Of a stretch of DNA of 64,000 bases, positions 35,879 to 45,692 are shown in pieces; position 1 is the first letter of the stretch; each line of letters starts with the position of its first letter. Both the position numbers and the translations under genes were made by a program. The stretch comes from Rickettsiales bacterium. Lineage in GTDB: Bacteria; Pseudomonadota; Alphaproteobacteria; Rickettsiales; JABIRX01. The stretch is from the NCBI GenBank assembly GCA_018659145.1, contig JABJNB010000005.1, forward strand, positions 14,039 to 78,038, in the 5' to 3' direction. The notes under the pieces were generated by a model. That model had not been told where the DNA came from and did no database searches. It worked only from the letters and a program-made list of their open reading frames with translations.

Positions 35879-38800
35879 ATGGTACAATATCTAAAAAATC
35901 TTTTTCTTATTCTCTTACTTTGTTATAGCAACAATATCTTTGCTTCTGGCTGTGATGGAATGTTTTATGATTTCTGCTGGCGAAACAGATGTGACGAATA
36001 TATTAGTGTTGATTTAGAAACTAACTCATCATATCCCTATGATAGCTATTGGAATTCAGAGACAAAAAGATTTGAATGCCCTGTTAATGGGTGCAAACTA
36101 TGTGGCATTAATGACACTGGAGATGCAGCTGATGATTGTTACTCACCCTTTCCCGTTATTAGTCAAATAACCGAAGGCAGATACCCTCTTTCCACAAAGA
36201 CTACATTTTTATATAGCACTCCTGGCTTTACTAAATCATGTGGTTCAGGAAACTACAAATCTATACCTCTAGTATCAGGTGCAGTAAATGGGCTGGGTAA
36301 TCTAATTGGCATCGAGATTATACCCGACCAAGATGGCTTTAATTATAGTACTAATAAATCCTTTAGATTTAACAAATCCAAGAACCCAAGTGGTTATGGC
36401 TCCCAATATACTTTTACTAAGGCTCAACGGGTAGGACCTGGAGGTTTTTATTTATTACAACCCAGAATAGTCACTAAGGGTCAAGGTACAGAAGTTCTAC
36501 AATTCTTTCTATCACAATGGGGGTGGCTCTTACCAACTTTTACTAATTTAGATGGGACTACAACGACTGACTACTTTCCTATTGCAGAAACCAAGTTTAG
36601 CACTGAAGGCTTTTCCCTTGAATGGGCCAGGTGGCGAAAACTCATGATTTGTGATGATTATAATGATTATGATAAAAATGATAAGAGGTCAGATAATTGG
36701 TTTTACACAAATGATTATAATGAGGATGATCAGCGCTTTTGTTATATAAAAATAAGTACATGGAATAAGTTATATGCAGTAGTTCAAAATGAATATTGGG
36801 ATTGTAACAACTTAGACATAACAAGTCTTAAAAAATATGACAAAGATACCCCTTCAGATTCTATACGCCGTTTAAAAGGTGTCTGCAAGATAAATGTTGA
36901 TGAAGGAAATGCGCGAGATATTCTAAATAGCGGCATTATTATAGCAGATAAATCTGGTCAATATAACTTTTCGGATACAATGAGCAAATTTAAAGGTGGT
37001 GGATCTTCTGTCGTAACTAGCCCTATCTTTAGCGTGCTCACCTCAAGCTCATCTACTTTTTTATCTCCGAAAATCCATTTAGACATCTCCGGCGGAAATC
37101 CAAATGCAACAAACAACTCATCTGAAATGGAAATTGACTTAGGTGAAACAAGTTTTGAATATCAAGATGGTTATTTTAAATATGACTTATCATTACAAGT
37201 AAAAAATAACAACATTATAGGATCTAAGCCTTTACTATGTTTATATGGATGCGATACAGATTTCTATGGAAAATGTTCTGGTTCAGGAAAAACTTTATCT
37301 GAGCTTGTGATTACCGAAACCGATAGTGATTTAGTCGATTACGCCAAATCAGAGTATTTAATTGACGAATGCGTTCCCCACAAAACTATTGATGAGGTAG
37401 ATAGCGTTCAAAATTACAATATTGCTGTTACCGGACTTGGTGTTGACTCATCTTATGTTGACCCAAGAATGGGCGTTACAATTACCAATAGTCTAGATAG
37501 TAGCGAAACTGTTTCTAAAACATTTTATCTAAGAAGTTATGAAGATAATTTAGGTAACCAAACGGTTCCATTTAGCGACATTCCTCAATATACTGATATT
37601 GATGACATTCCAGATTATCAATTTACTTATGACTATCCTGTATTTGATTTTAGAAATACTTACTATGTCATGATAAAAAAACCTGAAGAATCGATCTTCA
37701 CATATTTAAAAAACAATAGCCTTCATAATATAATAATGCCGTTTCTCCTCAACAACTTAATTATTTATGATGAAGATATGCTTGTTCCAAGTTCAGGTAC
37801 AGGGGCAGCAATTTTGCAACCATGTAGTGAATTTTTAAGAAGCCAAACAGGATGTTCTTTTAACTTAGCTGACATGAGCACTAATTGCGGAATTGATACA
37901 GATAGCGACATGTGTCATGAAGACGAAAAATATCGATCATTTATTTGCTTACATAATCTCTATAATAAGTTTTATCGCTTTAATGGCTCACCCCCATATT
38001 ACTCTGACTCTATAATAGACCCTATGTATAGTTATAATGAAAACCTGATAACCAATGATTATTCCACTTATTTAAATTCAGATGAGTATAATAATCTAGA
38101 TCCACAATTCCCAAGCTCAGGTAATAATTTATGTATACCAAACTATCTCTATCTTAACACTGATATAGGTAGCTTTAATTATGAACTTAATTCAAGCGGT
38201 CCTGATGGTACAAATATTAATCTTAACATGTCTCGCTCCGATGGTACCAGCCGGACGTTTAATGAATTAGAAGTACCAAGCAAAGATGAAAGCGTTATTT
38301 TTGATTACACAAACTTTGTTATTGACAATTTTACAAGTGCTGAGAAAAATGCCCATTGCGAAGCTAGCATAAATTCCTTCAGCTATGATATTAGATATGA
38401 CTATTATCATAAATTCTTATTTAAAATCTTTAATGCAAATGGCTTTGCATATGTATGTTATAAACAATATGACTCTCCCTCTTCTAGTGATTTAGCCGCT
38501 AATTGGGAAATATTAACCGCATACACAAATGATTATTACACAGGCAACCAGATTTATAACGACTTTATAAACCTAAATATTTGCCCCACCTTTAGTGGAG
38601 ACGATGTTGCTGATTTTTTAAGCTGCCCAGATCAGCTATACCCACATTACAACCCATCCGGTGAGGAAGTGTGGTGTGGCTGTTCAGCCTCTACAGAATG
38701 GGCTACATATACAGCAGATGAGCAATCTGCTGCATGGTCTCAATTAGCAGAAGATAGCAGCGTTCAAGTAAAAGCTAAATGTATGATGGATGGCAGCTGG

Positions 38801-39766
38801 CAAATGACAGATGATAATGCCTATTGCCCCGTTTATTGTAATAGCGATGAGCTGAGTTTAAATAGTGTAACTATTCCAAAAACATTAGCAGTTGAAGGCG
38901 AGAAATCTGCCTTTATTTCAGCATCATGCTTAGGTACCCTTGCAATGGATAATGGCACAATTAGTGCTAGATGCTCTGGGCTGGATGCTGAAGAAGGTGA
39001 CTGGACTGATATTAGTGGTAGCGGAGCATGTGTAGCTAATTGCCCGACTCTCAATGGTAATGGTTTCACCTTGCCAGCGCAATTGAAGCTATCTTCTGAT
39101 AAAACAATTACCGTTGATTGCAAACAGGGTTATAAAGGAACTGCAACAGGTACATGTGATTACAGTACAAACACATGGACTGATATTTCTCACTCATGCT
39201 CTATATTAACATGCCCATCAGGATGGCAAAGAAGTTCTAGTACCTTCACTTATCATGTTTTAACAAGAATGTATGTTCAAGCTGGTGGTGCTGATTGCAC
39301 TCGTAATCAAGATCTAAGTTATAATTATTATCAAAATCAATCAGTTGATGTTTACTTACCAGCATCAACTATTTTTGACAGTGGGCACGGAACCTCATGT
39401 AATGGTAGTGTAAAAATTGGAGGAGCTTCTGTAAGTAGTGGGGAACTGGGGAGCATGATGGAAAGCCAAACTATTAACTCAAAATGCTTACTATCTGCGG
39501 ATGCAAATGGTTATATAACTGGAGATTCAGCTTCTGTATATTGGAGTATTGATCCTTCAGCATGTAGAACTAAATGCAAAACTGTCGATGGAGATAAAAA
39601 TGATGTTGAATATATAAATTCTGGTGCCACGTCAGATGTCTTTAGTAATAAACAATCATGTGGCGGTGGTAATCATCGGACAAGATATTGTAGGGCTACT
39701 TGCCTTAATAACGGGACTAATGGAGTATGGACGTCAATTGAAAAAAGGTCGAGTGGCTGTAACTGA
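35879..39766 (+). CDS. very large secreted cysteine-rich protein with C-terminal Sushi/CCP-like modules (function unknown)
   Basis: The uninterrupted ORF is about 1,295 codons from the ATG at 35879 (the track starts at the TTG at 35870). The signal peptide is MVQYLKNLFLILLLCYSNNIFASGC. I count about 49 Cys, roughly half of them in the last 370 or so residues. The composition is N/Y/D/S-rich. Confidence 0.7.
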   Translation: MVQYLKNLFLILLLCYSNNIFASGCDGMFYDFCWRNRCDEYISVDLETNSSYPYDSYWNSETKRFECPVNGCKLCGINDTGDAADDCYSPFPVISQITEGRYPLSTKTTFLYSTPGFTKSCGSGNYKSIPLVSGAVNGLGNLIGIEIIPDQDGFNYSTNKSFRFNKSKNPSGYGSQYTFTKAQRVGPGGFYLLQPRIVTKGQGTEVLQFFLSQWGWLLPTFTNLDGTTTTDYFPIAETKFSTEGFSLEWARWRKLMICDDYNDYDKNDKRSDNWFYTNDYNEDDQRFCYIKISTWNKLYAVVQNEYWDCNNLDITSLKKYDKDTPSDSIRRLKGVCKINVDEGNARDILNSGIIIADKSGQYNFSDTMSKFKGGGSSVVTSPIFSVLTSSSSTFLSPKIHLDISGGNPNATNNSSEMEIDLGETSFEYQDGYFKYDLSLQVKNNNIIGSKPLLCLYGCDTDFYGKCSGSGKTLSELVITETDSDLVDYAKSEYLIDECVPHKTIDEVDSVQNYNIAVTGLGVDSSYVDPRMGVTITNSLDSSETVSKTFYLRSYEDNLGNQTVPFSDIPQYTDIDDIPDYQFTYDYPVFDFRNTYYVMIKKPEESIFTYLKNNSLHNIIMPFLLNNLIIYDEDMLVPSSGTGAAILQPCSEFLRSQTGCSFNLADMSTNCGIDTDSDMCHEDEKYRSFICLHNLYNKFYRFNGSPPYYSDSIIDPMYSYNENLITNDYSTYLNSDEYNNLDPQFPSSGNNLCIPNYLYLNTDIGSFNYELNSSGPDGTNINLNMSRSDGTSRTFNELEVPSKDESVIFDYTNFVIDNFTSAEKNAHCEASINSFSYDIRYDYYHKFLFKIFNANGFAYVCYKQYDSPSSSDLAANWEILTAYTNDYYTGNQIYNDFINLNICPTFSGDDVADFLSCPDQLYPHYNPSGEEVWCGCSASTEWATYTADEQSAAWSQLAEDSSVQVKAKCMMDGSWQMTDDNAYCPVYCNSDELSLNSVTIPKTLAVEGEKSAFISASCLGTLAMDNGTISARCSGLDAEEGDWTDISGSGACVANCPTLNGNGFTLPAQLKLSSDKTITVDCKQGYKGTATGTCDYSTNTWTDISHSCSILTCPSGWQRSSSTFTYHVLTRMYVQAGGADCTRNQDLSYNYYQNQSVDVYLPASTIFDSGHGTSCNGSVKIGGASVSSGELGSMMESQTINSKCLLSADANGYITGDSASVYWSIDPSACRTKCKTVDGDKNDVEYINSGATSDVFSNKQSCGGGNHRTRYCRATCLNNGTNGVWTSIEKRSSGCN

Positions 39767-39768
39767 TA

Positions 39769-41025
39769 TTGCCTGAGTATAACTCAGGAACTAGTGCGCA
39801 CCAATATTTAGCAGAATTTTTAATCGGAAAAATCAATTATAGTTTTCTTGGAGTTACTAAAGATTCAATCATCAATTCTGGCTTTTATCACTTATTTGTA
39901 ATTTCTGGATTTCATATTGGATTAATTTTTTTGATACTTTATCGACTGATATTAAGTATTCTATTACTATGTTACCCATATAAAAACTACCGATTAATAG
40001 CTACTTTAATCAGCTTAGTTTTTTGCCTATATTATATCTATTTATGTAACTTCCCTCTCTCTGCCATTCGAGCTTTAACTATCATATCTATCTATAATAT
40101 CTGTCGCCACTTTCATATTAGGCCAAATAACTTTAATTGTTTAATTATCTTATTTGGCATACTGATCATACTAAATCCAAAGGTAATAAATAATCCGGGC
40201 TTCTGGTTTTCATTTAGTAATAGCCTGGCTCTAATTTATTATTTTAGTTATCAGAGTCATGATTTAATTAACGCCCCTAGAACTAAACTGCTTGACCTCT
40301 ATAGGACTTCTTTAATATGTTTTTTTGCCTCTGTCCCAATCACTCTGATCTTCTTCCACAAAATCCAATTTGCTGGCATTTTTTCAAATGTCCTAGCAGT
40401 ACCATATTTTATCTTCATTTTATTCCCTTTATCAATCATTGCATATTTAAGCCATAGCGACATCCTGGTAAATCTAGCTATCTTTACTCATAAAATATTT
40501 GCCAATTTTGCAGTTCTAATAAATAAAATTCCACATATCACGCTTGATGTTTTACTTATTGATAAGATCGAAATAGCCATTCTAATATCAACCTGTTTTT
40601 TAATAATAAAATCCCGATTACAAAATTATCTCTTAGCCATGATAATTTTACTTGTTACAATATCTGATACAAAGCAAGCTCAGCAAGACATTCTCATATT
40701 AAATTCTATCCCTCGCTCAATCACTCTAAAGAATAATTTAGGAACATTACCAATCCTAACCAGTAGTAAATTTAGCAACCAATTTAATTGTGATATAAAA
40801 GAATGTAGCCTTAACTATTTGGGCAATAAAATCATTATAATCAAGAACACCCTTCCCTACCGAGACTTTCTAAAACATTGCCTAGTACATGATTTAATAA
40901 TCAATTTAAGCAGTAATAATTACACCTGCTATAGCACCCTAACAATAACAGCTTTAGACCTATATTTCAAAAAACGCATTTTGATATTTTTGGAAGAGAG
41001 CAGCTATCACATTATCTACCCATAA
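39769..41025 (+). CDS. comEC: ComEC/Rec2-family DNA internalisation channel, competence domain only (N- and C-terminally short)
   Basis: 418 aa and polytopic. It has the ComEC competence-domain signature FYHLFVISGFHIGLIF. There is no ATG at the 5' end (TTG at 39769, 2 nt after the upstream stop). It lacks both the N-terminal OB/DUF4131 region and the metallo-beta-lactamase domain. Confidence 0.55.
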   Translation: MPEYNSGTSAHQYLAEFLIGKINYSFLGVTKDSIINSGFYHLFVISGFHIGLIFLILYRLILSILLLCYPYKNYRLIATLISLVFCLYYIYLCNFPLSAIRALTIISIYNICRHFHIRPNNFNCLIILFGILIILNPKVINNPGFWFSFSNSLALIYYFSYQSHDLINAPRTKLLDLYRTSLICFFASVPITLIFFHKIQFAGIFSNVLAVPYFIFILFPLSIIAYLSHSDILVNLAIFTHKIFANFAVLINKIPHITLDVLLIDKIEIAILISTCFLIIKSRLQNYLLAMIILLVTISDTKQAQQDILILNSIPRSITLKNNLGTLPILTSSKFSNQFNCDIKECSLNYLGNKIIIIKNTLPYRDFLKHCLVHDLIINLSSNNYTCYSTLTITALDLYFKKRILIFLEESSYHIIYP

Positions 41026-41055
41026 GCATATTAGGTGAGGTCCATATATAATGCC

Positions 41056-41208
41056 AAATCCCATTTATAAATCATAATTTACTAATTTGTTTTATGGCAT
41101 AAATCTTATATAAGAAATTTGAATTAGCTTTGGCTAATCCTTCATTTCTTACACAAAATCTCTAGCCAAAAAATATGCGATTAAATTACGATTTATAAAT
41201 GAGACTTA
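41056..41208. repeat. family D MITE-like element, full copy D1
   Basis: Imperfect 23-bp TIRs aaatcccatttataaatcataat / attacgatttataaatgagactt, about 153 bp. The interior matches the partial copy at 354..431. Confidence 0.55.
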
Positions 41209-41263
41209 GTATAAGAATAGAAATTCTGCAGTTTTTTACAAATTTGACCAATATACAAATTGC

Positions 41264-41336
41264 GCAGGGGCGTGTTCCTCCCCCGCCCTTGGCAGGAGAT
41301 ATCTCGGTGTTTCTGGACGATACAACCTGCCCCTAC
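41264..41336. repeat. family A palindromic element, copy A5
   Basis: gcaggggcgtgttcctcccccgccc...acaacctgcccctac, 73 bp, GC-rich. Confidence 0.7.
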
Positions 41337-41521
41337 GATTCTTTTTTAAAAAAATATTAAATTCATTTTATTGTGCGCCGAACCCTTATTATACAAGGGT
41401 GTTTATCGCATAACTCTGCTTTACTCTAGGTATTAGTGCGCGTGGGTAGATAGCCCCCTACCTGAGCTGATAACAATTCAAAACAACTCGAAGCACTAGT
41501 AATGTACGGAACCGACCTTAT

Positions 41522-41683
41522 CAGGTTGTGTCGCAATATAATTGGGAAAGAGTTTTTTGATAAAGATTTTGGATTTTAGGAAATATTTTTGCACGAATAT
41601 CCGAAGCTATGTGAAAAGAATATTTCATAACAATACATGTCTTTAGCAGTAAAGGCTTTCTAATTATATTGCGACACAACCTG
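41522..41683. repeat. family B MITE-like element, full-length copy B1
   Basis: 162 bp with perfect 22-bp terminal inverted repeats caggttgtgtcgcaatataatt / aattatattgcgacacaacctg, checked base by base. It has no coding capacity. Confidence 0.8.
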
Positions 41684-41696
41684 TATAATATGATAC

Positions 41697-42956
41697 TTAA
41701 AATATATCCTTCCCTGGGAAATAACTTTTTAAAATCTCTGGTATAGTAATACTACCATCAGCATTTTGATAATTCTCAGTTATCGCAACCATAGCCCGTC
41801 CAATCGCAAGGCCAGTACCATTTAATGTATGGGCATACTCATATTTTCCCTCTGCATTTTTATACCTTGTCTTCATACGAATAGATTGAAAATCTAGACA
41901 ATTAGAAGAGCTTGATATTTCACGGTAACAATTTTGTCCTGGCAACCAAACCTCAATGTCGTAAGTTTTATTAGCCGAAAATCCTGTGTCCGAGCTACAA
42001 AGGCTAACAACCCGATAAGGTATCTCAAGCAATTGAAGAATTCTCTCGGCAATACCTAAAATACGTTCATGCTCCGCTGCTGATGAATCTTTATCTGTGA
42101 TGACCACCATTTCAACTTTAGCAAATTGATGCAGACGAATCATACCTTTCGTATCCGCCCCAGCAGAACCAGCTTCTGATCTAAAGCATGGAGTATAGCT
42201 GCATAATCTATGAGGCAATTCTTTTTCTTCAAGGCGTGACTCACGGAAATAATTTGCAAGTGACACTTCAGATGTAGGTATTAACCATCTATCATCTGTG
42301 GTCTTAAAACAATCTTCAGCAAATTTAGGCAACTGACCCGTACCATATAACGATTCCGTGCGCACGAGTAGTGGCGTAGTCATCTCGAGAAAGCCATATT
42401 CACTCGTGAGCATGTTCAGCATCAAATCTGCTAGAACACGCTCCAAACGCGCAAATACACCCTTTAAATAAACGAATCTTGCTCCAGATACTTTTGCAGC
42501 TGTTTCAAAATCGACAAAACCTAAATTCTCCAAAATTGCGTCATGCTCCTGTGGTGCAAAATCATATTGTTTGATTTCCCCTACTTTGCGAAGCTCGGCA
42601 TTATCTTCTTCACTATCACCTGCTGGCACATCTATTGATAAAACATTTGGCAGTGCGGATAACAAATCATGTAATTCCGCTTCAGCCTTATTTTCCTCAA
42701 ATTCCTTAATTCGAGCTTTCATAGCCTCACCCTTTGCAAGGATAGGAGCTATATCCTCACCGCGCGACTTTGCTCCACCAATCTCTTTTGCAATATTATT
42801 TTTTTGAGTTAACAACTCTTGCAACTCTGTTTTATGATTACGAATTTTTTGATCTAATGCCAGAATATGATTTGAGAGTTTTGCTTCACACCCTCGTCTT
42901 AACATTTGTTTATCAAACTCCTGTGGGTTAGATCGAATAAATTCTATATTATGCAT
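41697..42956 (-). CDS. serS: seryl-tRNA synthetase
   Basis: 419 aa. It has an N-terminal coiled-coil arm and class II motifs GARFVYLKG, LIPTSEV, TPCFRSEAGS and GTGLAIGRAMVAITENYQ. Confidence 0.9.
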   Translation of the reverse strand: MHNIEFIRSNPQEFDKQMLRRGCEAKLSNHILALDQKIRNHKTELQELLTQKNNIAKEIGGAKSRGEDIAPILAKGEAMKARIKEFEENKAEAELHDLLSALPNVLSIDVPAGDSEEDNAELRKVGEIKQYDFAPQEHDAILENLGFVDFETAAKVSGARFVYLKGVFARLERVLADLMLNMLTSEYGFLEMTTPLLVRTESLYGTGQLPKFAEDCFKTTDDRWLIPTSEVSLANYFRESRLEEKELPHRLCSYTPCFRSEAGSAGADTKGMIRLHQFAKVEMVVITDKDSSAAEHERILGIAERILQLLEIPYRVVSLCSSDTGFSANKTYDIEVWLPGQNCYREISSSSNCLDFQSIRMKTRYKNAEGKYEYAHTLNGTGLAIGRAMVAITENYQNADGSITIPEILKSYFPGKDIF

Positions 42957-43713
42957 CTTGTTTCTTTTCTGATTTGCGGCAAATTAACAAGCTGATTTCA
43001 AACAATAAATATGCAGGAATTGCAAGTCCAATTTGTGAAATAACATCCGGTGGAGTAATAATAGCAGCCAGGCTCACGATAATAATAACCACATATTTAC
43101 GCTTTTTAGCAAAACCCTCATATGAGATTACTCCAGATTTTATCAATAGAATAATAAGCAAAGGTATCTGAGCTGTTAAACCAAATACAATAATTAAACT
43201 TGAAGAAATAGCTAAATACTCACTGATACGAGCTTCAAGCAAGATGGGTAAACCTTCTGTTCCAACACTTTCAAAGCCTAAGAAAAATTTCCAGGCTAGG
43301 GGGAAAATGAAATTATAAACAAAAAAAGCTCCGCCATAGAAAAGCAGGGGTGAAAAGAAAAATATATATTTGATAAAATGCTTCTCATTTTTATATAATC
43401 CAGGTGCTAGAAACAAGTATATTTGAATTAAAAAAAGCGGGAAACAAATAAATAGACTGCTCATAAAAGCGAGCTTTATATAAGTCATAAAAGCTTCGGC
43501 CAAACCTGTAAATATAATCCTGCGCGGAGTTGACTTGTCTAAAGCCTCGTCTAATGGGTTAAGTAAAATATCATAGATCTGATCTACGTAATTATAGCTA
43601 ACTCCAAAAACAATAATGAAAAAAACTAATGTTAGTATAATACGATTTCTTAGTTCACAAAAATGACTTAAAAGATTCTGCTCCTTATTTTGAGTCATAT
43701 TTACCTTCCTCAC
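42949..43713 (-). CDS. tatC: twin-arginine translocase subunit TatC
   Basis: 254 aa with six TM segments. LSHFCELRNRI and PGLYKNEK are typical TatC motifs. The start may be the internal Met (MTQNKEQ). Confidence 0.85.
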   Translation of the reverse strand: MRKVNMTQNKEQNLLSHFCELRNRIILTLVFFIIVFGVSYNYVDQIYDILLNPLDEALDKSTPRRIIFTGLAEAFMTYIKLAFMSSLFICFPLFLIQIYLFLAPGLYKNEKHFIKYIFFFSPLLFYGGAFFVYNFIFPLAWKFFLGFESVGTEGLPILLEARISEYLAISSSLIIVFGLTAQIPLLIILLIKSGVISYEGFAKKRKYVVIIIVSLAAIITPPDVISQIGLAIPAYLLFEISLLICRKSEKKQDA

Positions 43714-43987
43714 TATCTAAAGGAGCGCCATAGGCTAAATAGCTATTACCATCATCTCCTATAATTTCAGTTAATTCCTGATTAACCTTATCAATATCAA
43801 TTTCGTCATCCAATTTTACTAATTTTTTTAACTCGTCATATTCATTATTAGCGCTTTTAAACAACCCTTTAATATGACGATATAATTTTTTTAGATCACG
43901 TAAAAATTCAGGCATCTGATCTGGTCCAACAAATATCACAACACAGATGAGGATAACTATTATTTCGCTAATGGATAATCCAAACAT
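43685..43987 (-). CDS. twin-arginine translocase TatA/TatB-family subunit
   Basis: 100 aa. MFGLSISEIIVILICVVIFVGPDQMPEFLRDLKK gives the TM helix, the invariant Gly-Pro hinge and an amphipathic helix. It lies directly upstream of tatC. Confidence 0.7.
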   Translation of the reverse strand: MFGLSISEIIVILICVVIFVGPDQMPEFLRDLKKLYRHIKGLFKSANNEYDELKKLVKLDDEIDIDKVNQELTEIIGDDGNSYLAYGAPLDSEEGKYDSK

Positions 43988-44691
43988 TTAATCAGCTCTG
44001 TAAGATTTGGTTTCTTTGCAATGAGAATATCAGCTGCTTTAATAGCTTTAAATACGCCTGCTACCCGCTCACTTATACAACATAGCTTTATATTAAGCAA
44101 GTGCTCCTCTAAGCCTGATAGCTTGATTAAGGTCACAAAATGCTCGCTCGATTTCTTTGAAAAAAATAATATAGAATCGTAATTACCCTGTCTTAAATTG
44201 CTAGCTATCTTGGCAAATTCTCTGTCATGATAAGTAATATTATAGCATAATTGATGGCTACAATTTAATGTTGCTAATATTCTCTCTTCTGCTGATGTTA
44301 AAGATGTGTGATTACCTCTGAGATAAATTGTTTTAGCCTTATTCTGTTGTTGCTGCAAATATTGTACTATTTTGCTCATCCGCTCAAAATAGATAATATT
44401 TGTAAAACCATCTAGGGCTTTTGTAACTGACAATATTATTTTAGTTTGAATTTGTACTTTTTGCTTATCACTCAAAGCCGCTAAAACATTACTGCTTGAA
44501 ATAATAATTTGCTGAGCTGATGTAAAATCAAAATCTTTGAATCTCTCATAAGGGTAGGCAACATCACTCAAGGGAACCAACTCTGTTACAATCTTATGGG
44601 ATTGGATCTGTGCCATAGTCACATCTCCTTGCTCTTTAGCCCTAATAATTAAAACCTTAGGCATGTCTTTTGATATATTCGAGAATCTCAT
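43960..44691 (-). CDS. hemD: uroporphyrinogen-III synthase (tentative)
   Basis: 243 aa, directly downstream of hemC. It has only weak HemD-like features (PKVLIIRAKEQ near the N-terminus, bipartite alpha/beta pattern). The call is mainly positional. Confidence 0.4.
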   Translation of the reverse strand: MRFSNISKDMPKVLIIRAKEQGDVTMAQIQSHKIVTELVPLSDVAYPYERFKDFDFTSAQQIIISSSNVLAALSDKQKVQIQTKIILSVTKALDGFTNIIYFERMSKIVQYLQQQQNKAKTIYLRGNHTSLTSAEERILATLNCSHQLCYNITYHDREFAKIASNLRQGNYDSILFFSKKSSEHFVTLIKLSGLEEHLLNIKLCCISERVAGVFKAIKAADILIAKKPNLTELIKCLDYPLAK

Positions 44692-45595
44692 GAGCTTTAT
44701 ATTTACTCCGATCTGAGAGCATGCTGGCCAACTGTAAGTGCTTAGCTACATCTCCTATAATTGAATCATAGTAATTACTAATACCAAATGGATGAATGAT
44801 GTTAATCTCCAATTTAATTCTTTTACCAGTGACCTTTGCATAGGCTGCAATTGGTGTTTTACAATCACCCTCTATATTTTTGAGAAACTCTCTCTCACAA
44901 TTTGTTTCAATCAAAGTTCTCGGATGATTAATTTTTAAAATCATCTGCTGAATTTCTTTATTATCAGATAAACACTCCATACAAATAGCACCTTGCCCTG
45001 GGCTAGGTAAGATTTGTTTTAATGATATAACCTCAGTAATTCGATTAGTAAGCTTTAAACGTTCTAAACCGGCATATGACAAAATAATTCCATCCACCTG
45101 CTCTTCATCCAGCTTTTTTAATCTTGTAATAACATTCCCCCGAAAATTGATAATTCTAATTTTAGAATTTTTCTCAAGCAAGATTGCCTTACGCCGAGCT
45201 GACGATGTTCCGATTAAAGCTCCTTCATCTAAATCACTTAAAGATGAATATTTATTAGAGATAAATACATCCCTTGGGTCAGCACGCTTTAAAACCCCAG
45301 CAATAACAAAACCTTCTGGAGGAGTCGTTGGCATATCTTTCAATGAATGCACAGCCAGATGTATCTCTTCTCTTTTTAATGCTGCCTCTATCTCTTTAAT
45401 AAACAAACCTTTCCCACCTATCTTGCTTAAATCTTCTTTTAAGAACTTGTCTCCCGAGGTCTGAATAGTTTTAATGCTAAAATTACAATCCTTATATTGT
45501 GAGCTTAATTTTTTCCTTACTTGCTCAGCTTGCACGACAGCTAATTTACTTCCTCTGGTACCAATGACAAAATTCTGCTTTACTAAGGGTGACAT
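44657..45595 (-). CDS. hemC: hydroxymethylbilane synthase (porphobilinogen deaminase)
   Basis: FVIGTRGSKLAVVQAE, IQTSGDK, GGKGLFIKEIE, AVHSLKDMPT, RGNVITRLKKL and SPGQGAICMEC. I moved the start to the ATG at 45595 (MSPLVKQNF). Confidence 0.85.
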   Translation of the reverse strand: MSPLVKQNFVIGTRGSKLAVVQAEQVRKKLSSQYKDCNFSIKTIQTSGDKFLKEDLSKIGGKGLFIKEIEAALKREEIHLAVHSLKDMPTTPPEGFVIAGVLKRADPRDVFISNKYSSLSDLDEGALIGTSSARRKAILLEKNSKIRIINFRGNVITRLKKLDEEQVDGIILSYAGLERLKLTNRITEVISLKQILPSPGQGAICMECLSDNKEIQQMILKINHPRTLIETNCEREFLKNIEGDCKTPIAAYAKVTGKRIKLEINIIHPFGISNYYDSIIGDVAKHLQLASMLSDRSKYKAHEILEYIKRHA

Positions 45596-45692
45596 TTTTG
45601 TTAATTTATACTCTTGATTATACGCTATGAACTTTGGTATTATATAGACCATGCCTCTATATTCAAACCATTATTTAAACTTTTAAAGTAAA

